Source: an uncultured candidatus Porisulfidus sp. | GTDB taxonomy: Bacteria > Pseudomonadota > Gammaproteobacteria > Poriferisulfidales > Oxydemutatoraceae | DNA: 64,000 bases | Assembly: GCA_965215125.1 (NCBI GenBank) | Contig: OZ244052.1 | Span: 1 to 64,000, forward strand | Direction: 5' to 3' | Part shown: piece after piece, positions 11,277-23,340 of the stretch | Numbering within the stretch: the first letter of the stretch is position 1 | Layout: every line of letters starts with the position of its first letter | Made by a program: the position numbers and the translations under genes | Notes under the pieces: model-generated | Told to the model about the DNA's origin: nothing | Databases searched by the model: none | The model's input: the letters and a program-made list of their open reading frames with translations, nothing else

Positions 11277-12680
11277 TTACCGATGGTTTCCGATAAAACG
11301 AGTCATTCTGGCTAGACACTCTTCTTTGCCGATCCACAGCATCACATGTCCCAATGCCGGGCTGGGTGCGCCGGCGGTTAGCACATAGCGCACCGGCTTA
11401 CCGATCATTCCCATTTTGATGTTGTGTTCGCCACTGAAATCGGATAATGCCGCTTTCAGTGTTTCTGCATCCCAATCTTCAATTTGCCGAATATGCGCCA
11501 GCAAGGCCTTTAATAACTCCACGGTATTCGGGTCTTGATATTGCTTTGCGGTCTCCATATCGTAATCGGGTGTTTTATAGATAAAGAGTAATCCGTCGGC
11601 AAGTGTAGACAGCGTCTTATAGCGAGGCCGCATCTCCATAACAATGTCGGCGAGTGGTGGTGTTTGTTTTATGCGTACGCCCTGCGCAATTAAAAGATTT
11701 TCTGTCGTCCGACCGAGTTCGGAAATCGGCATTTCGCAGAGATAGTGTGCGTTGAGCCAATCCAGCTTTTCGGTATTCAATGCGGCGGAGGATTTGTGGA
11801 TTGACGACAAGTCAAAATGCGTTACCAGTTCCTCCATGCTAAAGATTTCCTGATCGCCTTTGGACCAACCTAATCTCACCAGATAATTCAGCAGTGCATG
11901 CGGTAAATAACCTTGTTCTCTATAGTTGGCGATGCCTGCCGCACGGTCGCGCTTGGAAAGGCGATGCCCGTCTTCTCGCAATACCATCGGTAAATGTGCA
12001 TAAGTCGGTATCGTTGCGTTCAAGTGATTAAGCAGATTGATCTGCTGGAAGGTGTTATGCAAGTGATCGTCGCCGCGCAGTACATGGGTTATTTGCATAT
12101 CGGCATCGTCTACCACAACCGCAAAATTATAAGTCGGTGTACCGTCGGCGCGCATAATAACGATATCGCTTAGATATTCATTTTCAATTTCGGTATGACC
12201 ATGCACACGGTCATCAAAGCCGGTGGTTCCGGTATCCGGTGTTTTGATGCGTATCGTAGGTTCTACGTCCGGGCGTGGTTCGGTGCGATTACGACATTTA
12301 CCGTCGTAGCCCCAGGCGGCAAAACCTTTATCGGAAAAGCCTGCGGCGCGCTCGGCTAGTTCTTCTTTGGTACAGTAGCAATAATACGCTTTGCCTTCGT
12401 TAAGCAGCCGCTCGGCAGCTGCTTTATAATGTGCGTGTCGCGTGCTTTGAAGATAAGGTCCTTCGTCATAATTCAATCCTAACCATTCGAGTTCGGTAAG
12501 GATATTTTGTGCCGACTCTTCGGTGGAACGTTCGCGGTCGGTATCTTCGATGCGGAGAATGAATTGTCCTTGATGTTTGCGTGCATAAAGCCACGCAAAT
12601 AATGCGGTGCGTACATTGCCTATATGCAATGTTCCGGTGGGGCTCGGGGCAAAGCGTGTGCGTACATTCATAGTAGACAT
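11277..12680 (-). CDS. gltX: Glutamate--tRNA ligase
   Basis: RFAPSPTG, HIGN (HIGH motif), LRIEDTD, LSKR (KMSKS-like). Confidence 0.96.
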   Translation of the reverse strand: MSTMNVRTRFAPSPTGTLHIGNVRTALFAWLYARKHQGQFILRIEDTDRERSTEESAQNILTELEWLGLNYDEGPYLQSTRHAHYKAAAERLLNEGKAYYCYCTKEELAERAAGFSDKGFAAWGYDGKCRNRTEPRPDVEPTIRIKTPDTGTTGFDDRVHGHTEIENEYLSDIVIMRADGTPTYNFAVVVDDADMQITHVLRGDDHLHNTFQQINLLNHLNATIPTYAHLPMVLREDGHRLSKRDRAAGIANYREQGYLPHALLNYLVRLGWSKGDQEIFSMEELVTHFDLSSIHKSSAALNTEKLDWLNAHYLCEMPISELGRTTENLLIAQGVRIKQTPPLADIVMEMRPRYKTLSTLADGLLFIYKTPDYDMETAKQYQDPNTVELLKALLAHIRQIEDWDAETLKAALSDFSGEHNIKMGMIGKPVRYVLTAGAPSPALGHVMLWIGKEECLARMTRFIGNHR

Positions 12681-12741
12681 GATCTCTGAGGTTGCTTAAA
12701 AGTCCGCATTATTACAATTATTTATTCATCTGTTATGATAA

Positions 12742-13003
12742 TCACCCCATAAAAAGGTTTTACATTTTGCAATACATGTTAGAGTTCTGCACAATATCAC
12801 GCCGTTTGTGCTACTGCAACAAATGGCGGTTCTATTGCGCCTACCACCCCTCCACAGGAGGGGAATGAACCACCCCGTCAGGCTGAATAGAACCGCCGAT
12901 TGAACCAGTAGGTCAATCGGCGTGACTTTGTTCAGAACCTCAGCATGACTGCTAAACGCGTGCATTGCAAAATGCATAGGCCACCCCTCCACAGGAAGGG
13001 AAT
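12742..13003. repeat. Repeat cluster: B copy (+, 12742-12866), REP-A head, inverted B core (12886-12948), REP-A tail (12981-13003)
   Basis: Direct sequence similarity to 11143-11266 and to REP-A. Confidence 0.8.
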
Positions 13004-13017
13004 GGCTCATGTAGTGA

Positions 13018-13542
13018 TTAGAGAGCAAGGTATATATTCACAACGGATATTATAAGGGCTAATAACTGAATACAAAATAGCGTATACAACCCTGCCATTA
13101 AATCATCGCCGATAATTCCGACACCGCCTTTGATTCGCCGGTCTATGAAATCAATCGGCCACGGTTTTGCTATATCAAAAATGCGGAATAATACGAAGGC
13201 TAACAGCAAATAGACCCAATCCGACGGTAAGCTGATGCATGCTACCAAAAACCCTACGATTTCGTCGATGACAATGGTTCGATGATCGCTTCCCCCCAAG
13301 GCTTCGCTGGTATATTCGGCAGCTGCCGTTCCGATGCCGATTATTAAGAGTATGATCGATAAATAGAACAATATGTCAATATCCATGAGAAGCAAATAAA
13401 TCATCACACCCAATAAAGTGCCTACGGTGCCGGGAGCGAACGGCAACAAGCCACATCCAAAACCTAAGGATAAGCAATGTATCGGATTGATCAGCCATTT
13501 CCAATTCGGCTGTAGCGATTGCTGTTCAGATAAAGTGGTCAT
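13018..13542 (-). CDS. pgpA: Phosphatidylglycerophosphatase A
   Basis: APGTVGT, IVIDEIVG, FRIFDIAKPWPI, GIIGDD; follows thiL. Confidence 0.95.
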   Translation of the reverse strand: MTTLSEQQSLQPNWKWLINPIHCLSLGFGCGLLPFAPGTVGTLLGVMIYLLLMDIDILFYLSIILLIIGIGTAAAEYTSEALGGSDHRTIVIDEIVGFLVACISLPSDWVYLLLAFVLFRIFDIAKPWPIDFIDRRIKGGVGIIGDDLMAGLYTLFCIQLLALIISVVNIYLAL

Positions 13543-14491
13543 AACCCAAACGTTGCGGTAATTTCACTGGTTTTGAGTGCCAATAGCATCGCAAACCTTG
13601 TTCCTCTTCAATAGTGCCTATACGAGTGACAGGCGTTCCCAATTCACCGAATGCCGGCTTAAGTGCATCAAAGCGTGTGTCATTTAAGGTGAATAATAAT
13701 TCATAATCTTCTCCGTAAGTCAATACATTAAGAAGTAATTCTAAAGTAGAACAGCATTGCGCTGTTTCGGGGATCATCGGTATATCGTTAATATCTACCC
13801 TAGCCCCTACTTCGCTAGCGGATAATATGCGTGATAAATCCTGGAATATGCCGTCCGATATGTCAATCGCCGCCGTTGCATAGCGGGCTAATAAAAGACC
13901 TTCTGCTACTCTGGGAACAGGTTGCTGCATTCGCTTTAAGCATTGAATATAGCTTGACGGATATTCCTCCAAGGTATCTTCATGTAGCATTATCAGTGCC
14001 GTCTCTGCAATCCGACCGGTCACATAGATGCCATCGCCGACTTGTGCGATATTGCGATATAGACCGTGCGCCTCGTCTAAGGTACCGATTAATTGGACGG
14101 TTATCGTCAACGGGCCACGCGTCGTATCGCCTCCGATTAAACTCACACCATGCCGGTTTGCCAAGCGAAAAAAACCAGTACTAAAATCATCCAGCCAACC
14201 CGAACCGGCATTCGGTATCGTCAACGCGAGCAAAGCCCAGCGCGGTCTAGCCCCCATCGCCGCCATATCGCTCAAATTGACTGCCAATGCTTTATGTCCT
14301 AGGCAGCTTGCATCGCTATTCACCTTAAAATGCGTGCCTTCCACGAGTGTGTCGGTACTCACTGCCACACGCGCACCCGATATATCAATAACTGCAGCAT
14401 CGTCGCCTATACCCGAAGCGACATACGGGTCAGATTGCTGCTTGTTAAAATAACGAGCAATCAGCTGCTCTTCGCTCAGTGGTACTCCCAT
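13526..14491 (-). CDS. thiL: Thiamine-monophosphate kinase
   Basis: GIGDDAA, AVNLSDMAAMG, IGGDTT, IDISDG, GEDYELLFT. Confidence 0.95.
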   Translation of the reverse strand: MGVPLSEEQLIARYFNKQQSDPYVASGIGDDAAVIDISGARVAVSTDTLVEGTHFKVNSDASCLGHKALAVNLSDMAAMGARPRWALLALTIPNAGSGWLDDFSTGFFRLANRHGVSLIGGDTTRGPLTITVQLIGTLDEAHGLYRNIAQVGDGIYVTGRIAETALIMLHEDTLEEYPSSYIQCLKRMQQPVPRVAEGLLLARYATAAIDISDGIFQDLSRILSASEVGARVDINDIPMIPETAQCCSTLELLLNVLTYGEDYELLFTLNDTRFDALKPAFGELGTPVTRIGTIEEEQGLRCYWHSKPVKLPQRLGYDHFI

Positions 14492-14495
14492 TAGA

Positions 14496-14918
14496 TCAAT
14501 CGTTTAGTGTATATTTCTTAGCAAAGCAATCGAGCACTCCGTTGACAAAACGATAGCTCCCGGAACCGCAGAATTTCTTAGCAATCTGCACTGCCTCATT
14601 AATAGCCACTGCAGAGTCGATTTCGGCAATACAAGCTATCTCGTGTGCGGCGTTGCGCAGAATAAAACGTTCAATCGTATCGACCTCCTGCATACTTTTA
14701 GCCATGCAATCTTCTAGTTTTTTATCTAAAGATTTCGACATAGCTGCTTGTAATAAAGTCCTAAAATGTTCATCGTCAACATGCTCGTAGCCCTCTTCCG
14801 ATACAAATTGTTCTATAATTTCATTGATATCCTGACCAGCGATTTGCCATTGATACGCCGCCTGCATTGCAAGCCTGCGTGCCTTGCTACGCGCATAAAA
14901 ATTCTGCGATGCATCCAT
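14496..14918 (-). CDS. nusB: Transcription antitermination factor NusB
   Basis: RSKARRLAMQAAYQW, AINEAVQIAKKF, FVNGVLD. Confidence 0.95.
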   Translation of the reverse strand: MDASQNFYARSKARRLAMQAAYQWQIAGQDINEIIEQFVSEEGYEHVDDEHFRTLLQAAMSKSLDKKLEDCMAKSMQEVDTIERFILRNAAHEIACIAEIDSAVAINEAVQIAKKFCGSGSYRFVNGVLDCFAKKYTLND

Positions 14919-14920
14919 AG

Positions 14921-15463
14921 CTACTTATCACTCAATAAGCCCGCTTTTTTCAATAAATCCAACTGGTCAACAAGCCTATCTTCGGTGAATTCACCCATCA
15001 CGTAAAATATCTTTGCCATTTCCAATGCAGTCAGTGCATATAATCTACCTTGGTTCATTTTACTTCCCGGTTCGGTGCGCGCATCGGCCTGTGCGATATC
15101 GTCTACCGCCAAAATACCTAAGGCAATAGGTACTTTCGTTTCCAGCATGATTTGCATAATACCACGGCTACAGGTATCGGTGATTAAGTCAAAGTGTTTG
15201 GTCTCACCCCGTATCACACACCCGAGTGCCAGAAGTGCATCGTATCCACCGGTCAAAGCCATTTGCTGTGCGGCTACGGGAATCTCAAAAGCTCCCGGCA
15301 CATACCAAATATCTACCGCATCCGCGTGGTATATATCAAAAGTTTCGATAGCACTCGTTATCATAGAATCGACGGCTTTTTGATGATAATAGGGTGCAGC
15401 GACGATACCGTAACGTTCCCCTTCGGCATCCAATTCTTTAATTTGTAAATGATTTATTTGCAT
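14921..15463 (-). CDS. ribH: 6,7-dimethyl-8-ribityllumazine synthase
   Basis: VPGAFEIP, LGCVIRGETKHFD; position between ribB and nusB. Confidence 0.93.
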   Translation of the reverse strand: MQINHLQIKELDAEGERYGIVAAPYYHQKAVDSMITSAIETFDIYHADAVDIWYVPGAFEIPVAAQQMALTGGYDALLALGCVIRGETKHFDLITDTCSRGIMQIMLETKVPIALGILAVDDIAQADARTEPGSKMNQGRLYALTALEMAKIFYVMGEFTEDRLVDQLDLLKKAGLLSDK

Positions 15464-15465
15464 GG

Positions 15466-16077
15466 TTAAGTCCTCGAAAGTTGGTGTTTAACTAAATCGT
15501 CAACCGTTCCGATCTTTAAGCGATGCCGAGAGGCAAAGTGTTCCAAGTCGGATAAACGTGCCATAGAACCATCGTCGTTGAGTATCTCAACGATGACGGC
15601 AGCAGGTTCAAAACCTGCCAGCCGTGCAAGGTCACAACCACTTTCGGTATGACCGGCACGGGTTAGGACACCGTTCGGTTGTGCCATCAGCGGGAAGATA
15701 TGTCCCGGCCTGATTAAATCGTCGGCGGTGCTGTCGGGAGAGACTGCCACCCTAACCGTATGTGCGCGGTCGCGGGTTGAAATCCCGGTACTAACTCCCG
15801 CTCGTGCATCGACGGAAACCGTAAAATTAGTTGCCAATTTACTATTCGTATCGCTCACCATCAATGGTAATTGCAGATGCCGGCATCGCTCGGGGGTCAG
15901 AGTGATGCAAATCAACCCTCGCCCGTATTTAGCCATAAAATTGATATGCTCGGCAGTGACGACTTCCGCTGCGACCATCAAATCACCTTCGTTTTCACGT
16001 TTTTCATCGTCTACGATAATGACGATACGACCGTTTCGTAATTCATCTACAATCTCTGATATCGGTGAAATTGCCAT
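15466..16077 (-). CDS. ribB: 3,4-dihydroxy-2-butanone-4-phosphate synthase (stand-alone)
   Basis: [33 protein letters not shown]. Confidence 0.95.
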   Translation of the reverse strand: MAISPISEIVDELRNGRIVIIVDDEKRENEGDLMVAAEVVTAEHINFMAKYGRGLICITLTPERCRHLQLPLMVSDTNSKLATNFTVSVDARAGVSTGISTRDRAHTVRVAVSPDSTADDLIRPGHIFPLMAQPNGVLTRAGHTESGCDLARLAGFEPAAVIVEILNDDGSMARLSDLEHFASRHRLKIGTVDDLVKHQLSRT

Positions 16078-16087
16078 CTATCCGTAA

Positions 16088-17392
16088 TCAAGACAAGGCA
16101 CTAAAACGTTTGAATACGTCGGTCTTTGCATAAACAGCCCGCTCACCTAATGCTTCTTCTATGCGCATCAGTTGGTTATATTTGGCAACTCGGTCGGTAC
16201 GACATATAGAACCGGTTTTTATCTGCCCTACTCCGATACCGACCGCCAAATCGGCAATACTGGAATCTTCGGTTTCACCGGAGCGATGCGAGATAATACA
16301 GTTATAATTGGCTTTTTGAGCCATGTCAACTGCTGCCAATGTCTCGCTGAGCGTGCCGATTTGATTGAGTTTGATTAGTACACAATTTGCAATGCCTTGT
16401 TTTATGCCTTCGGTAATGATATCGACATTGGTGACGAATAAATCGTCTCCTACGATCTGTATTTTATCGCCGAGCTTTTCGGTCATCATACGCCAACCTG
16501 CCCAGTCGTCTTCGGCAATACCGTCTTCTATAGAAAGGATCGGATAGCGCACAACCCAATCGGATAAGTACTCGACGAAATCGGAACTATCGTACGCACG
16601 ATTTTCCGATGCCAAGTGATACTCGCCCGAGGAGTAAAACTCCGAACTTGCCACATCGAGTGCCAGATAAATATCCTTGCCTGCGGTATATTGTGTATTC
16701 TCTATCGCTTCCAGAATAATTTCTATGGCTGCTTCGTTTGACGGAAGATTCGGTGCAAATCCCCCTTCGTCGCCGACCGTGGTACTCAATTTGCGACGGC
16801 TTAACACCGCCTTTAAGGAATGAAATACCTCCGAACCTACTCGAATCGCCTCTTTGATGCTCTCAACGCCGGTCGGCACCAGCATAAACTCTTGTATATC
16901 CACATTATTATTCGCATGAGAACCACCGTTTAGGATATTGATCATCGGCGTGGGAAGCCGCACTAAGGTATTTTCTTGCAATCCGTTTAGGTACTCGTAT
17001 AAAAGACAAGCATTCGCTCGTGCTGCGGTAGCTACAGCCGCCAACGAAACCGCAAGGATTGCATTGGCACCCAAACGCGCCTTGTTTTGGGTTCCGTCTA
17101 GGTCAATCATGGCATGATCCAGCTGCTTCTGCTCGGTCACATCCATACCGAGCAATGCTTTTTGGATTTCGCCGTTGATATTGTTCACTGCATTCTGCAC
17201 GCCTTTGCCGTGAAAACGTGCAGCATCGTTATCGCGTAATTCAACAGCTTCCAAAGTACCGGTAGATGCGCCGGACGGCACCGATGCCCGCCCGTAGATA
17301 CCCGATTCAATTTTGACTTCCGCTTCCACGGTAGGATTACCGCGAGAATCTATAATCTCACGCCCGCGTATTTCTGTAATGTCGTTTTTCAT
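16088..17392 (-). CDS. eno: Enolase
   Basis: [34 protein letters not shown]. Confidence 0.98.
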   Translation of the reverse strand: MKNDITEIRGREIIDSRGNPTVEAEVKIESGIYGRASVPSGASTGTLEAVELRDNDAARFHGKGVQNAVNNINGEIQKALLGMDVTEQKQLDHAMIDLDGTQNKARLGANAILAVSLAAVATAARANACLLYEYLNGLQENTLVRLPTPMINILNGGSHANNNVDIQEFMLVPTGVESIKEAIRVGSEVFHSLKAVLSRRKLSTTVGDEGGFAPNLPSNEAAIEIILEAIENTQYTAGKDIYLALDVASSEFYSSGEYHLASENRAYDSSDFVEYLSDWVVRYPILSIEDGIAEDDWAGWRMMTEKLGDKIQIVGDDLFVTNVDIITEGIKQGIANCVLIKLNQIGTLSETLAAVDMAQKANYNCIISHRSGETEDSSIADLAVGIGVGQIKTGSICRTDRVAKYNQLMRIEEALGERAVYAKTDVFKRFSALS

Positions 17393-17405
17393 ATATTCTA
17401 CCTAT

Positions 17406-18233
17406 CTATTTGTTATTTCTATTTTTTTCCTTTACGATCTCGTCTATGTACTTTAATTCTTGCAACAGCGAGTGCATCTTATCTAGTGGCCAAGCATTCG
17501 GTCCGTCGCTTAAGGCGTGGTCGGGATCCGGATGTGTCTCGGCAAATAAACCGGCAACGCCTACTGCAATCGCCGCCCGAGCAAGTGCCGGAACAAATTC
17601 TCGATTACCACCCGAAGCATCGCCCTGGCCACCGGGTAATTGCACCGAATGTGTGGCATCGAAGACTACCGGACATCGGGTTTCTCTCAAAATAATCAAA
17701 GCGCGCATATCCGACACCAGATTATTGTAGCCGAAACTAAACCCTCTTTCACACACCATCAGCTGCTCGTTGCCGGTTGCACGAGCTTTCTCTACGACAT
17801 GATGCATCTCCCAAGGCGATAGAAATTGCCCTTTTTTGATATTGACCGGCTTGCCTATTTTAGCAACATTCTGTATGAAATTGGTTTGCCTGCATAAAAA
17901 AGCGGGTGTTTGCAATACATCGACTATCGAGGCAACCTCGTCCAACGGTGTATCTTCATGCACATCGCTTAGTACCGGCACGCCGATATCGGCTTTAACT
18001 TTTTCCAAAATACGCAAACCTTCTGCAATACCCAAACCACGAAAACTGTGATGCGATGAGCGATTTGCCTTATCAAACGAAGATTTATAAATAAAAGGGA
18101 TTTTCAGTGCCTCGCTATATGTTTTGAGTGTTTGTGCGCTATGCAACGCCAAAGCCTCGCTTTCTATCACACAAGGTCCGGAGATCAACACAAAAGGTTG
18201 ATCGGGTGCCATCTCAAAACCGCAAACATTCAT
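17406..18233 (-). CDS. kdsA: KDO-8-phosphate synthase
   Basis: [31 protein letters not shown]. Confidence 0.97.
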   Translation of the reverse strand: MNVCGFEMAPDQPFVLISGPCVIESEALALHSAQTLKTYSEALKIPFIYKSSFDKANRSSHHSFRGLGIAEGLRILEKVKADIGVPVLSDVHEDTPLDEVASIVDVLQTPAFLCRQTNFIQNVAKIGKPVNIKKGQFLSPWEMHHVVEKARATGNEQLMVCERGFSFGYNNLVSDMRALIILRETRCPVVFDATHSVQLPGGQGDASGGNREFVPALARAAIAVGVAGLFAETHPDPDHALSDGPNAWPLDKMHSLLQELKYIDEIVKEKNRNNK

Positions 18234-18236
18234 TGC

Positions 18237-19862
18237 TTAAGATTCCGCTTGACGGCGATGGATTGCTGCTGCTATAAACCCTTTGTATATCGGGTTTGCT
18301 CGGCGCGGCGTAGAGGTAAACTCGGGATGGAATTGCGTGCCGACAAACCACGGATGGTCGAGTAATTCAACGATCTCCACTAATTCTTTATCGTCCGAAT
18401 GTCCTACAACCCGAAGTCCCGCTGCGAGTAGTCGATCTAAATAGCGATTGTTAAATTCGTAGCGGTGTCTATGTCGCTCCTCTATGACATCTTGTTGGTA
18501 TTGTTGATAGCTCTTGGAGTCTTTATCTAGCCGACATCTCTGTATCCCCAAGCGCATCGTGCCACCCATATCGGAGTCCGCATTGCGTTGCTGTATCGTG
18601 CCTTCTCTATCTTGCCATTCGGTAGCCAAAGCAATGACCGGATGGGGTGTGTCGGCATTGAATTCCGAACTATCCGCACCGGCGAGCTTTGCAACATTAC
18701 GGGCAAATTCAATCACCGCAACCTGCATGCCCAGACAAATTCCCAAATACGGGATCTTATGCTCACGCGCATAGCGCGCCGCAGAAATCTTGCTTTCTAT
18801 GCCCCGCTCACCGAAACCACCCGGAACCAAAACACCGTCCACATCGTCCAATAGCTTACAATCTTCTTGCATATCTTCGGTGTCTATATGGACTATTTCT
18901 ACATTGCATTGCAGTGCCAAACCGGCGTGGACCAAGGCTTCGTTGACCGACATATAAGCGTCTACCAAACTAACATATTTACCGACCAGGGCAATTTTAA
19001 CCGAATGTTTGGGTGCGTTGTAGTTTTTATCTATACGCTCCCACTCGCTCAAATCGGCAGGCGGTACATTGCTTAAACCCAGCTTTGAGACAATCAACTC
19101 GTCTATCTTTTGCCGATGAAACCACAGCGGAATACTGTAGATGCTATCAAAGTCTATAGCCGAAATCACATCCTCAACGCGCACATTGGTGAATAAAGCT
19201 ATTTTCTTTCTATGCTCCAAAGGTAGCTCGTGATGTGAACGGCATAATAAAATATCGGGTTGTATTCCGATGGAGCGTAATTCTTTAACCGAGTGTTGGG
19301 TCGGTTTGGTCTTGATCTCGGCACTCGTCTTCAAATGAGGAATCAACGTTAGGTGTACATATATTACCTGATTTTGTTCTTCTAAACCCATCTGTCTGAT
19401 CGCTTCCAAGAACGGCAAAGACTCTATATCACCTACGGTGCCACCTATTTCAATTATGGCAATATCGCATGCCTTCGAGCCTTCGCCGATCGCAGCTTTG
19501 ATCTCGTTGGTGATATGCGGGATGACCTGCACGGTCGCGCCTAGATACGCACCTTGCCGTTCCTTGCGAATAACGCGTTCGTAGATTTGACCGGTGGTGT
19601 AATTATGATGTTGCGTGGCACGAAAATTTACAAAACGTTCATAGTGACCTATATCCAAATCGGTTTCGCTGCCGTCTGCGGTCACATAAACCTCGCCGTG
19701 TTGAAACGGACTCATCGTACCGGGGTCTACGTTGATATAGGGGTCGAGCTTGATCAAACTCAAATTAAAACCTCGCGCCTCAAGTATCGTCCCTATACAA
19801 GCACTCGCAATACCCTTACCCAAAGACGAGACAACGCCACCGGTGACGAATATATAGTTCAT
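18237..19862 (-). CDS. pyrG: CTP synthase
   Basis: [36 protein letters not shown]. Confidence 0.98.
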   Translation of the reverse strand: MNYIFVTGGVVSSLGKGIASACIGTILEARGFNLSLIKLDPYINVDPGTMSPFQHGEVYVTADGSETDLDIGHYERFVNFRATQHHNYTTGQIYERVIRKERQGAYLGATVQVIPHITNEIKAAIGEGSKACDIAIIEIGGTVGDIESLPFLEAIRQMGLEEQNQVIYVHLTLIPHLKTSAEIKTKPTQHSVKELRSIGIQPDILLCRSHHELPLEHRKKIALFTNVRVEDVISAIDFDSIYSIPLWFHRQKIDELIVSKLGLSNVPPADLSEWERIDKNYNAPKHSVKIALVGKYVSLVDAYMSVNEALVHAGLALQCNVEIVHIDTEDMQEDCKLLDDVDGVLVPGGFGERGIESKISAARYAREHKIPYLGICLGMQVAVIEFARNVAKLAGADSSEFNADTPHPVIALATEWQDREGTIQQRNADSDMGGTMRLGIQRCRLDKDSKSYQQYQQDVIEERHRHRYEFNNRYLDRLLAAGLRVVGHSDDKELVEIVELLDHPWFVGTQFHPEFTSTPRRANPIYKGFIAAAIHRRQAES

Positions 19863-19863
19863 T

Positions 19864-21171
19864 TTAATCGCACGCCGTGATGTTCCATATCAGCCGCAGT
19901 CTGCCTTGTGCGTATATCAAAGGTATACGGCTTCTTTGCCATGTAGGAATACGGTATTCCTGAAAAATTTTTTTCAGGCTTTTATGAAAGAGACGGTTGG
20001 ATGTATTTTGAAAAGCACAACGTTCACCGCCGCGGCGAAAATCGACGATGAGTGCTTGATCGAAGAGAACGGGGGCTTGTCGCATTAATTCGGTCCTGCG
20101 TAATATCAAGTTCAGTTGCGGTATTTCACAATCTCTATCGTCATGCCACTCTATAGATGAAACCGGGACATGCTTTAGCGGTTTGACTGCATACAATATA
20201 CCGTGGTAAAAACCTATGCCGATGTCCGAGTAAGTGCATATCATACCACTACCCGAAGCATTTCGCCTTAATATATGTTCGGAAATCATACCGCAAATAC
20301 GTACGAGCTGGCGTGTATCGGGTACCGATATCTCGTTCAGCTTGCACCATGCGCGCAACACCGCATGACGGTATGCAGTAGGTAAAGTCAGCAAAACTCT
20401 GATTAATAGATTCGAACCATTCGCTAACAAACAGCGATGCAAATATCGCTTTATCTCGTGAGTGATTATCGTATCCGCCTCGGTTTGGTGTTTTGCGGCC
20501 CTTGCGATAGTCTCATGCCATGTTGGCCAGCGTGCTTCCAATATAGGAGCAACACGATGTCTTATATAGTTGCGTGCATGTCGTAAGTCTTGATTGCCGG
20601 GATCATTCAGCCAAGTCAATCGATGTGCTTGCGCGTAGCGGCGGATGTCGGCACGAGGGATAGACAACATCGGTCGTGCCAACGAGCCTTCGGTCAAGGT
20701 GCGATACTCAGGAATCGCTTTAAGACCGGTAGTACCGGCACCGCGCAATAAGCGCAGTAACACGGTTTCGGCTTGGTCGTTTTGGTGATGTGCGGTCAGC
20801 AATAAATCACTCGCTTTCATCATGCGCTGCAATGCACGGTAGCGCAACTCGCGAGCTGCTGCTTCTACACCTTGCCGATGCGTATCGTTCATCCGCACCA
20901 CCTCGCATCGATATGCGATACCCATGCGCTCGGCCTGTTTTCGGCAGTGCACCTCCCAATCATCGGCTTCGGGATGTATGCGATGATTGATATGTATCGC
21001 CAATAACTCGCAATGCAGTTTTGCCGACAAGTGATGCGTTAGATGCAACAACACGGTGGAATCCAATCCACCACTATATGCAACGACGATACGCTCACCT
21101 TTGCCGTAGTCTAAAAATTGTTGAAGCTGCTTGTGTACTCTTGAAATTATGTCATGGTTGATATCAGACAT
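19864..21171 (-). CDS. tilS: tRNA(Ile)-lysidine synthetase
   Basis: [10 protein letters not shown]-loop, [17 protein letters not shown]; follows accA. Confidence 0.95.
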   Translation of the reverse strand: MSDINHDIISRVHKQLQQFLDYGKGERIVVAYSGGLDSTVLLHLTHHLSAKLHCELLAIHINHRIHPEADDWEVHCRKQAERMGIAYRCEVVRMNDTHRQGVEAAARELRYRALQRMMKASDLLLTAHHQNDQAETVLLRLLRGAGTTGLKAIPEYRTLTEGSLARPMLSIPRADIRRYAQAHRLTWLNDPGNQDLRHARNYIRHRVAPILEARWPTWHETIARAAKHQTEADTIITHEIKRYLHRCLLANGSNLLIRVLLTLPTAYRHAVLRAWCKLNEISVPDTRQLVRICGMISEHILRRNASGSGMICTYSDIGIGFYHGILYAVKPLKHVPVSSIEWHDDRDCEIPQLNLILRRTELMRQAPVLFDQALIVDFRRGGERCAFQNTSNRLFHKSLKKIFQEYRIPTWQRSRIPLIYAQGRLRLIWNITACD

Positions 21172-22120
21172 CTTTGAAATATCCGATATCAGCCCATTTT
21201 TTGTATCGTGCCGATAATAGTTGTTCGGTAGATAGACGGCTCAGCCGGTCAAGTTGTGATTTCAAAACCGATGCCAATTCGGTGTGCGTGCTATCAAAAC
21301 CGCGATGCGCACCGCCGTTCGCTTCGGCTACGATTTTGTCGATCAAACCTAACTTGTATAGTTCGTCGGCGGTTAGCTTTAATGCCTTAGCGGCGGTGTC
21401 GGCATGCTTGGCATCCTTCCACAATATAGAAGCGCAACCTTCCGGCGAGATCACCGAATATATACTATATTGCAACATAATTAGATAATCTCCGACACCT
21501 ATCGCCAATGCTCCACCCGAACCACCTTCGCCGATAATCGTACAGATGATCGGCACTTCCAACTGTGCCAAAGATTTCAAATTCGCAGCGATCGCCTCGC
21601 TTTGATTGCGCTCTTCGGCATCTATGCCGGGATAAGCACCGGGCGTATCTATAAAAGTCAATACCGGTAGTCTAAATCGTTCGGCAAGTTCAAACATACG
21701 CTTCGCTTTGCGATAACCTTCGGGTTTGCACATGCCGAAATTACGCTTGACTTTCTCTTGAGTATCCCGCCCCTTCTGATGACCTATGACAACCACTGGG
21801 TGATCATCAAAGTGTGCGATACCGGCAACGATAGCGGCATCGTCTGCATAATGCCGATCACCGTGTAATTCCTCAAAATCGGTGAATAATGCTTGTATAT
21901 AATCCAGGGTATAAGGACGTTGTGGGTGACGGGCGAGTTGGGTAATCTGCCACGGACTGAGCTGCGCATAAATGTTTTTAACCAGTTTATTACGTTTTTG
22001 TTCTAATTGCTTTATTTCCTGCGTAATATCCAACCGGTTACGACCGCTTACATTCTGCAGTTCTTCAATTTTAGACTCTAACTGAACAACGGGCTGTTCA
22101 AAATCAAGATGACCGTTCAT
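21164..22120 (-). CDS. accA: Acetyl-CoA carboxylase carboxyltransferase alpha subunit
   Basis: [35 protein letters not shown]. Start placed at ATG 22120 because the extra 27 aa in the ORF track are repeat-derived. Confidence 0.95.
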   Translation of the reverse strand: MNGHLDFEQPVVQLESKIEELQNVSGRNRLDITQEIKQLEQKRNKLVKNIYAQLSPWQITQLARHPQRPYTLDYIQALFTDFEELHGDRHYADDAAIVAGIAHFDDHPVVVIGHQKGRDTQEKVKRNFGMCKPEGYRKAKRMFELAERFRLPVLTFIDTPGAYPGIDAEERNQSEAIAANLKSLAQLEVPIICTIIGEGGSGGALAIGVGDYLIMLQYSIYSVISPEGCASILWKDAKHADTAAKALKLTADELYKLGLIDKIVAEANGGAHRGFDSTHTELASVLKSQLDRLSRLSTEQLLSARYKKWADIGYFKDV

Positions 22121-22123
22121 TCT

Positions 22124-22170
22124 ATTCCCCTCCTGTGGAGGGGTGGCAGGCTTCGCCTGACGGGGTGGTT
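22124..22170 (-). repeat. REP-A copy directly upstream of accA
   Basis: Reverse complement of REP-A; contains AGGAGG (22134-22129) 8 nt before the accA ATG. Confidence 0.85.
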
Positions 22171-22177
22171 GTAGCGT

Positions 22178-22430
22178 GGGGCTGTTGAAAAAGTATTTCA
22201 TACAATGTAGGGGCGGACTTGCATGTCCGCCGGTAACGCGTTACATCTGCACGATTTATACATTCATTCACTCGATTTATGGAAACCAAAACCATACGGC
22301 GCAAGCGGTTACGGCTGTGCAGAACGGCACTTAAGGGCAGACATATAAGTCTGCCTCTACAGGTGGGTTGGATAATTATACGGCGCATAGCGGTTGAGTT
22401 CGTGCAGAGCGGTACTTTTTTAACAGCCCC
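22178..22430 (-). mobile_element. MITE-like element C, copy 2, carrying an inverted pair of GTAG-type REPs
   Basis: TIR GGGGCTGTTGAAAAAGTA / TACTTTTTTAACAGCCCC (1 mismatch); internal GTAGGGGCGGACTTGCATGTCCGCC (22207-22231) and GGGCAGACATATAAGTCTGCCTCTAC (22335-22360). Confidence 0.75.
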
Positions 22431-22530
22431 AACTCTAATAAGTGTATCGATTGTTTTATTGTCATAGATCTATCCTATTCTAATAGCATTATATAGCATT
22501 ACGCCGTTATAATAGTCTTAGCTATTAGCT

Positions 22531-23331
22531 ATGACCATGAATATACGGCAACAAAACCAAACTTTCGCCAAACGGCTACGCAACGGCGACTTTCTAAATA
22601 GCACGATGGTAACCATCAACTCACCACAAGTCACGGAATTGTTATCCGAAGCCGGTTTGGATTGGTTGTTCATAGACGGCGAACACGGTGCTCTCGGCAT
22701 CGATGATCTGCAAAACCTCTTGCAAACAGCGAACATTCCCGCTTTAGTTAGAGTCTCGCATGCCGAGCGAATCGCAGTAAGAGATGCATTGGATATAGGA
22801 GCTGCCGGGATTATCGTACCGCAAGTAAATGATGCGCAAGTTGCACAAAACATCGTCTCGTGGTGTCGCTATCCACCTGCAGGCACACGCGGCGTAGGCA
22901 TTACACGTGCTCATCGCTACGGATTTGAGTTTAAGGATTATCTAAAATCCGCCGCCGAAGAGACTGTCATAATCGTACAAGCCGAACATAAAGATGCGGT
23001 TTCCGAGATTAAAGCCATTGCATTGGTAGAAGGCATTGACGGAATTTTAATAGGGCCTTACGATTTATCGGCCAGTTACGGCAAAGCAGGCATGATAGAC
23101 GATGCGGAAATACAAAATGCGATGGACACGATTTGCCGTGCCTGCTTATCAAACAATAAGGTTTTGGGATTTTTCGGTATGAATGTAGATGCAGTTATGC
23201 CGTGGATAAAGCGAGGTGCTACATTGATTACCGTCGGTGTAGACTGTGTGACTCTAGGAACTAATACCAAACACTATGTAAGTGATTTGCAGCAAAGACT
23301 TGCTAAGAATGTGAAGGACGGATTAGCATGA
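22531..23331 (+). CDS. HpcH/HpaI family aldolase
   Basis: DWLFIDGEHG, LDIGAAGIIVPQV, RYPPAGTRG, IGPYDLS. Confidence 0.9.
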   Translation: MTMNIRQQNQTFAKRLRNGDFLNSTMVTINSPQVTELLSEAGLDWLFIDGEHGALGIDDLQNLLQTANIPALVRVSHAERIAVRDALDIGAAGIIVPQVNDAQVAQNIVSWCRYPPAGTRGVGITRAHRYGFEFKDYLKSAAEETVIIVQAEHKDAVSEIKAIALVEGIDGILIGPYDLSASYGKAGMIDDAEIQNAMDTICRACLSNNKVLGFFGMNVDAVMPWIKRGATLITVGVDCVTLGTNTKHYVSDLQQRLAKNVKDGLA

Positions 23332-23340
23332 TAGTACAAA

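Noticed and set aside
12681-13017. tRNA genes beside gltX
   Set aside because: No cloverleaf or T-loop GTTCGA motif was seen; the region is accounted for by repeats A and B.
22121-22201. 27-aa N-terminal extension of AccA in the ORF track
   Set aside because: It is a translation of MITE TIR plus REP-A. Homology starts at [10 protein letters not shown], which has its own SD.
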